Below are positions 26,999-32,000 of a DNA stretch of 32,000 bases, piece after piece. The notes beneath the pieces are model-generated. The model ran no database searches and was not told the origin of the DNA. It saw only the letters and a program-made list of their open reading frames with translations. Source of the DNA: Methanothermobacter marburgensis str. Marburg (GTDB taxonomy: Archaea; Methanobacteriota; Methanobacteria; Methanobacteriales; Methanothermobacteraceae); NCBI RefSeq assembly GCF_000145295.1, contig NC_014408.1, positions 1,110,001 to 1,142,000 of the forward strand. The letters run 5' to 3'. Made by a program: the position numbers and the translations under genes. Numbering within the stretch: position 1 is the stretch's first letter; each line of letters opens with the position of its first letter.

Positions 26999-27979
26999 TT
27001 AATTCCCCTCTTCAGCTCCCCTGCGGATATCCACAACCATGCCCCTGGAACCTTTTCTGAAGTGTGCTGTTCCATTGAATTTAACACGCTCTGGAAGTTC
27101 ACCCATAACAGATTGAAGGACCATATGGCCCAGGTTTTCCTCTGAAATCCTTCTGAGTCCTATGTAGGGTGTTGTGATCCTGGAGTTTATTTCAACAACA
27201 TATGGTTTATCTGCAAGTATCATGTCCACACCAACGTAGCCCCTCAAACCCTCAATGGATTCCACAGCCCTTCTGGCAACCCTGAAGGCCTCATCCTTCA
27301 TCCTGTGATCCACAGGGGTGACGCCCCCATTATACTCCAGTGAATCCCCCCTTATGAGGATATTCTGCCTGTTGAGGCTCATTGGAAGTGCTCTTCTTCC
27401 ATCAGAGAGCAGGCTCACGCTGACGCTCTCCCCCTCAACAAATTCCTGTATTATCATATTCTCAGGGATTTCAGGGATTTTCCCCGCCTCAAGTATCCTT
27501 ATACCCTGGCAGGCAACACCGTCTGCGGGTTTTATGAGAACCCTTGATTGCAGTTCTTCAAGATCATCCCGTTCATAGGTCCTTATGAGGGGAACCACAC
27601 CCCTGAGGGCCCTGTAGGTCATCCTCTTATCTGAGCATATGCGGACCGCCTCACTACCTGAGCCGATAAGAAGTACCCCTGAGTCCTCAACCAGTTCTGT
27701 GAGTTTATAGAGTTCCATATCCTCTTCTGCTGCGATGAATATGCAGGCATCAAATCTATGAAGGTTTGCTCTGAGCCATTCCCTGAGGGAACCTGTGATG
27801 ATTGTTGGTCTGCAGTTGGACTGGATTTCAATATCAGAGAACTTCTCAGAGAGAAGAAACTCAATTTCAAGGTTGCCGAAATCAGCCAGAAGAGCCTCAA
27901 GCATTGAACGGCCCTCAAGGAATATCTCGGGGTCTTCAATCCCTGAGGCAGTTGCATATTCAAATACAAGCAGGTTCAA
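26999..27979 (-). CDS. mfnD: ATP-grasp ligase; probable tyramine-L-glutamate ligase MfnD (methanofuran biosynthesis)
   Basis: 326 aa. N-terminus [12 protein letters not shown], with an ATP-grasp core ([45 protein letters not shown]). The TTG start overlaps the wecC stop (TTGA). The MfnD (MJ0815) assignment is from recollection. Confidence 0.6.
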   Translation of the reverse strand: MNLLVFEYATASGIEDPEIFLEGRSMLEALLADFGNLEIEFLLSEKFSDIEIQSNCRPTIITGSLREWLRANLHRFDACIFIAAEEDMELYKLTELVEDSGVLLIGSGSEAVRICSDKRMTYRALRGVVPLIRTYERDDLEELQSRVLIKPADGVACQGIRILEAGKIPEIPENMIIQEFVEGESVSVSLLSDGRRALPMSLNRQNILIRGDSLEYNGGVTPVDHRMKDEAFRVARRAVESIEGLRGYVGVDMILADKPYVVEINSRITTPYIGLRRISEENLGHMVLQSVMGELPERVKFNGTAHFRKGSRGMVVDIRRGAEEGN

Positions 27980-29271
27980 GGGCGCCCCACACCCCTGAAT
28001 ATTATGCCATGTTCTCTGAATTTTTCAGGGTCCAGAACCGGTCTGGTGCAGATGAATATCCCCCCAACTATCATCTCAGGGGTTATTTCAAGATATTCAG
28101 AATGATCCGTCATGAGAACCACACAGTCAGATTCAAGGGCCTCCTCCAGCGGGACAGGTTCAACACCCATTTTCTTTATCAGCACAGGGTCAACATGGGG
28201 GTCGTTGACAACGACCTCAGCCCCCTCGGATATGAGTGCTGCCACAAGGGGCCTTGTTGGTGTCTTCCTTGCATCTGCAACGTCGCCCTTATAGGCCACG
28301 CCAAGAACACCCACCCGTGACCCTGCAAGGTCCCGGCCAGCTGATTCAAGTGCATCCCTTATGATGTCAAGGACATGGAATGGCATGGATTCATTGACCT
28401 CCCTGGCCGTCCTTATGAGTCTTGCTGGTACACCATGTTTCTCTGCCATCTCAACTATGAAGTAGGGGTCTATCGACAGGCAGTGACCCCCAACACCGGG
28501 TCCTGGAGTGTGGAGGTTCACCCGGGGGTGGTGGTTTGCTGCCTCAATGGCCTTTATGGCGTCTATGCCAAGCGACTCACATATCACTGCAAGTTCATTG
28601 GCGAGGGCTATGTTGGTATCCCTGTAGGTGTTCTCCATGAGCTTAACCATTTCTGCTGTTATAATGTCATCCACAACTATTACCTCGCCCCTTGTGACCT
28701 TACCGTAAAGTTGAGCGGCCATCTCTGCACTTTTCCCATCGATGCCCCCTATGACCCTTGCATTGTTCTGCATCTCATGGAGTGTGTTGTTTGGAAGGGC
28801 CCTTTCAGGTGTGTATGCAAGTCCAAAGTCCCCTGATGCACGTAAACCTGTTTTTTCAAGTATCGGAAGTACAACGTTCTCGCATGCACCCGGAGGTACG
28901 GTGCTCTCTATAATCACAAGGTCGCCCTTCTTAAGACCCTTTGAGATTGTCTCTGTCGCTGAGATCACAGCAGAAAGGTCAGATGTGTTGTCGCTGTTAA
29001 CAGGTGTCGGTACCACCACAACCATCACGTTTGATTCCTCTGCGGCGCTAACACCATCGACAGTTGCCCTCAGTTTACCTTTCCCAACAACCTCAGCAAC
29101 GAGTTCATCAAGACCCGGTTCAGGGACAGGTGATTTTCCTATGTTGACCTTTTCCACCGTTTCTGTGCTTATGTCAACCCCTGTAACATCAAATCCTGCC
29201 CTGGCAAAAAGTGCTGCTGTTGGAAGGCCTATGTGTCCAAGGCCAAATACTGCTATCCTGTAATTGTCCAT
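27976..29271 (-). CDS. wecC: UDP-N-acetyl-D-mannosamine dehydrogenase (nucleotide-sugar dehydrogenase family)
   Basis: ORF 27976..29298. The ATG at 29271 lies behind GGAGG. Rossmann motif [14 protein letters not shown] and catalytic Cys context [14 protein letters not shown]. Confidence 0.82.
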   Translation of the reverse strand: MDNYRIAVFGLGHIGLPTAALFARAGFDVTGVDISTETVEKVNIGKSPVPEPGLDELVAEVVGKGKLRATVDGVSAAEESNVMVVVVPTPVNSDNTSDLSAVISATETISKGLKKGDLVIIESTVPPGACENVVLPILEKTGLRASGDFGLAYTPERALPNNTLHEMQNNARVIGGIDGKSAEMAAQLYGKVTRGEVIVVDDIITAEMVKLMENTYRDTNIALANELAVICESLGIDAIKAIEAANHHPRVNLHTPGPGVGGHCLSIDPYFIVEMAEKHGVPARLIRTAREVNESMPFHVLDIIRDALESAGRDLAGSRVGVLGVAYKGDVADARKTPTRPLVAALISEGAEVVVNDPHVDPVLIKKMGVEPVPLEEALESDCVVLMTDHSEYLEITPEMIVGGIFICTRPVLDPEKFREHGIIFRGVGRP

Positions 29272-29284
29272 GTCAATTCCTCCA

Positions 29285-30598
29285 TCACCTGTACTCAATC
29301 AAAACATCCTTATCCTTCAGGTTAAGTGTATGGGAAGGAAAAACCGGTTCTCCTCCAGCATAAACCATCCTTATAACTGCATTATTCCTTTCAGAGAATT
29401 CAGCCACCGTAATATTCTCATCCACATGTATAAGCCTTCTTGATGGTGCTTCCATGACCTCAGCGGGTGGTTTCATTGTGAGCCTGCCTTCCCTGTGTAG
29501 CCGCAGGGTCTCATCCAGTATCCTCTCTGAGGCATGGCCGTCACCGTAGGGGTTCTCTGCCCTCATCATTCCCTCTCTGAAATCAGGGTCCTCAAGGAGT
29601 CTCCTGGCTGTTGTGGTTATCCTGTTCTTATCGGCACCTACAAGTATGTTACCCCCGGCCTCAACAGTTTCCGGGCGTTCAGTATTGTATCGCAGGGTTA
29701 AACAGGGTACATTGAAGGTTATGGCCTCCTCCTGGAGTCCTCCCGAGTCAGTGAGTACCATGAACGAGTTTGAAAGTAGAAGAAGGAAATCAAGATAGCC
29801 CATTGGCTTCTTTAATGTGACGTGCTCCGCCTCCAGCAGTCTGGTGTAGAGGCCAGATTTTTCCAGGTTCTTTCTGGTCCTTGGATGAACCGGGAAGACT
29901 ATCCTGAATTCCTCAAGTTCAAGTATGGCCTCCACTATTGATCTGAGCCTTTCAGGGTTATCCACGTTCTCTGCGCGGTGGAGGGTCAGCGCAACAAGTT
30001 TTTCGTCCCCCTGAAACTCTGAGAGGATATCTGATTTCTTTGATGCTATTTCAATATTCCTGAGGCAGGCGTCAACAACCGTGTTTCCGGTTACAAATAC
30101 TGCCTCTGGATCAGCACCCTCCATGAGGAGGTTAATGGCAGATTCCTCAGTGGGTACATAGTAGAGTTTTGAGCATGCATCTGCCACCATCCTGTTTATT
30201 TCCTCCGGCATGGTCCTGTCAAAGGATCTGAGTCCAGCCTCCACATGTCCCACGGGTATGTGGAGCTTCACCGCTGCAAGGGCCCCTGCAAGGACAGCGT
30301 TTGTGTCTCCCTGTACCATAACGATATCAGGTTCCTCCCTCATGAGGACATCCTCTATGCCCCTTAGCATTTCCGCAGTCATTGCACCATGACTCCCCGA
30401 CCCTGCACCTATATTGTGGTCCGGTGAGGGGAGTTCCAGGTCAATGAAGAACTGGTCTGACATTTCATGGTCGTAGTGCTGACCTGTGTGTATGAGCGTG
30501 AAGTCAAGGTTGCGCCTTTCTATCTCATCTATGACAGGGGCCATCTTTATTATCTCTGGCCGCGTTCCCAAAACAACTGCAATCTTCATTTTAACCAC
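29285..30598 (-). CDS. wecB: UDP-N-acetylglucosamine 2-epimerase (non-hydrolysing) with a C-terminal extension of about 65 aa
   Basis: 437 aa (GTG 30598; alternative ATG 30589). Motifs [32 protein letters not shown] and [12 protein letters not shown], followed by an extra tail not seen in the ~370-aa enzymes I recall. Confidence 0.85.
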   Translation of the reverse strand: MVKMKIAVVLGTRPEIIKMAPVIDEIERRNLDFTLIHTGQHYDHEMSDQFFIDLELPSPDHNIGAGSGSHGAMTAEMLRGIEDVLMREEPDIVMVQGDTNAVLAGALAAVKLHIPVGHVEAGLRSFDRTMPEEINRMVADACSKLYYVPTEESAINLLMEGADPEAVFVTGNTVVDACLRNIEIASKKSDILSEFQGDEKLVALTLHRAENVDNPERLRSIVEAILELEEFRIVFPVHPRTRKNLEKSGLYTRLLEAEHVTLKKPMGYLDFLLLLSNSFMVLTDSGGLQEEAITFNVPCLTLRYNTERPETVEAGGNILVGADKNRITTTARRLLEDPDFREGMMRAENPYGDGHASERILDETLRLHREGRLTMKPPAEVMEAPSRRLIHVDENITVAEFSERNNAVIRMVYAGGEPVFPSHTLNLKDKDVLIEYR

Positions 30599-30611
30599 TT
30601 GAAAAGTCTCA

Positions 30612-32000
30612 TTAATGATTTCTTCTTCTCTGAGCCCTGTATTCAGTTATTACCCTCAGAAGCTCCTCTTCTTCTCTTTTCTTTCTCTTTTCATTTAATC
30701 TGTGTTTCCATTTTTTAATTTCTCTATTTAAATCTTGAGTTTTAACTGAGCCGAAATCATCATGTATCTGAATATCAAGGGATTCCCTGGATATGACGGG
30801 CACTTCGGCCTCCTCGAAAACCTCAAGGGCCTGGTGGGACATTCTGTCCTCTGTTATAATGGCACAGGGTTTCAGGTCCCTTAATATCCTTGCGGTCTGT
30901 GAGCCCCCGCCCTCGGAACTTCTGAGTAGAAGCACGTCACCCCTCTTTATCTTCCACCGGGAACATGCGCTCCTTATACCCTCCCTTGTGAAGCTATCAA
31001 TTATCTTCACAGGTGATGTGTTTTCCGATGACTCCATGTCCTTTATCTGAAGCAGTGCGTCAAGGTCCCTCTCAAGGGATTCCCTGCGTTCCCGCTCCCT
31101 CGTGTATTTCCTCTGAAGCTTTTCAATGACCTTGAGTTTATGTGATAACTCCCGGTTGAGTAAAAGGTCCCTTGAATATTCATACTGTAACCTTTCAAGC
31201 TTTGACTCCAGCTTTGACTTCTCCTTCTCGAGTTTCCTTATCCTTTCCTTAAGGGACCTCCCCTCCCTTTTGAGTTTTTCAATTGTCAACCGCTGGTGCC
31301 TTATAGTTGAACGCTGAGTCCTTATGGTCCTCCTGAGTTTTTCAACGTCTCCGTGGGATTCTTCATCAGCAGCTGAAAATTTGGAGGTTTCTATCTCAGA
31401 ACCCCCCTCCATAGGTCCAGAAGAGATTTTATCTACCTCTTCCAGTTCTTTAAGTGATCTTATTGCTTCTGCAACTGGTTTTCCCATTATAACCAGGCCC
31501 TTGACCTCAAGGGTTTCCCCTGCTGTGAGGCCAGTACCCTCAACCTTCCTCTCAATTTGTCTCAGTTTCTTTTCATAATGCCTGTAGGCCCTCAAAGCCG
31601 CTGCAAGGGCGTCCCTTTCATGGGAGTTTTCCGGTGCATTCTCAGATTCCCTTAGAAATTCTGATACCAGTTCATTCTTGAATGATACCGTTAAAACCTT
31701 CTCCGGAGTATATAATTTAGCGTTGAGCATTGAAGCGATCCTTTTAACCGCTCCGGGAGGGGGGTATACGTCCGATGCAACAACTACGGGTTTTCCATAT
31801 TCTATTATCTCCTCTATTATGCTGGACCTTGAGGCCTCCTTCATGCTTCCAAGGTAGAGAAGTCTCCCCTCCAGGTCTAGGACTGCCAGGCCAACCGTGA
31901 GGCCGGGATCAACACCAACTATCGTTAGGGGTTTCGCAGCACCCCTATCAGGATTTCTATTCTGCTGCAGATTATGATCCTCCAGAATTATCGCTTCCCT
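30612..32000 (-). CDS. DUF460 (COG2433-like) protein: RNase H/RuvC-like N-terminal domain plus a long coiled coil; 5' end beyond the window
   Basis: The reading frame stays open upstream of the listed ATG (31844) to the window edge, by hand translation ...[31 protein letters not shown].... The central region is a heptad-rich K/E/R/L segment (about 31050-31350). Confidence 0.65.
   Translation of the reverse strand, partial: REAIILEDHNLQQNRNPDRGAAKPLTIVGVDPGLTVGLAVLDLEGRLLYLGSMKEASRSSIIEEIIEYGKPVVVASDVYPPPGAVKRIASMLNAKLYTPEKVLTVSFKNELVSEFLRESENAPENSHERDALAAALRAYRHYEKKLRQIERKVEGTGLTAGETLEVKGLVIMGKPVAEAIRSLKELEEVDKISSGPMEGGSEIETSKFSAADEESHGDVEKLRRTIRTQRSTIRHQRLTIEKLKREGRSLKERIRKLEKEKSKLESKLERLQYEYSRDLLLNRELSHKLKVIEKLQRKYTRERERRESLERDLDALLQIKDMESSENTSPVKIIDSFTREGIRSACSRWKIKRGDVLLLRSSEGGGSQTARILRDLKPCAIITEDRMSHQALEVFEEAEVPVISRESLDIQIHDDFGSVKTQDLNREIKKWKHRLNEKRKKREEEELLRVITEYRAQRRRNH

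Overview
This is a gene-dense core-chromosome segment of a Methanobacteriales methanogen. From memory (no search was run), the gene order and several proteins match Methanothermobacter thermautotrophicus around loci MTH_80x to MTH_838: thioredoxin Mt0807, Hel308 MTH810, UPF0305 MTH811/812, DeoC MTH818, CofH MTH820, a histone at MTH821 and beta-RFAP synthase MTH830. I call about 38 protein-coding genes and an adjacent tRNA-Val(GAC)/tRNA-Phe(GAA) pair. I found no CRISPR array, IS element, integrase or prophage signature. The content is housekeeping and strongly enriched for methanogen cofactor and lipid biosynthesis: cbiD, moaC, cofH, homoaconitase small subunit, beta-RFAP synthase, MfnD/MfnF-like genes, CDP-archaeol synthase and an MJ0619-type double radical-SAM enzyme. 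Six points deserve a second look. (1) The Elp3 gene is split into two ORFs at a site bracketed by a 20-nt direct repeat, and the stop and restart codons overlap. (2) The MJ0619 orthologue, whose function is disputed between tetraether lipid synthase and methanopterin methylase, sits between a methanopterin gene and a lipid gene. (3) A 68-bp tandem repeat of about 2.4 copies reiterates the last 14 codons, the stop and the oligo-T trailer of one gene; weaker 3'-end duplications occur behind sppA and the M50 protease gene. (4) Tandem UPF0305 paralogues overlap the end of hel308. (5) A tightly coupled five-gene unit runs wecB-wecC-mfnD-mfnF and ends in a membrane-anchored protein with a carboxypeptidase-A-like HxxE..H..E pattern. 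(6) Several conserved archaeal proteins of unknown function are present (DUF460, DUF2098, a COG1326-type zinc-ribbon protein). All family assignments rest on motifs read by eye and on recollection, and many start codons are uncertain.
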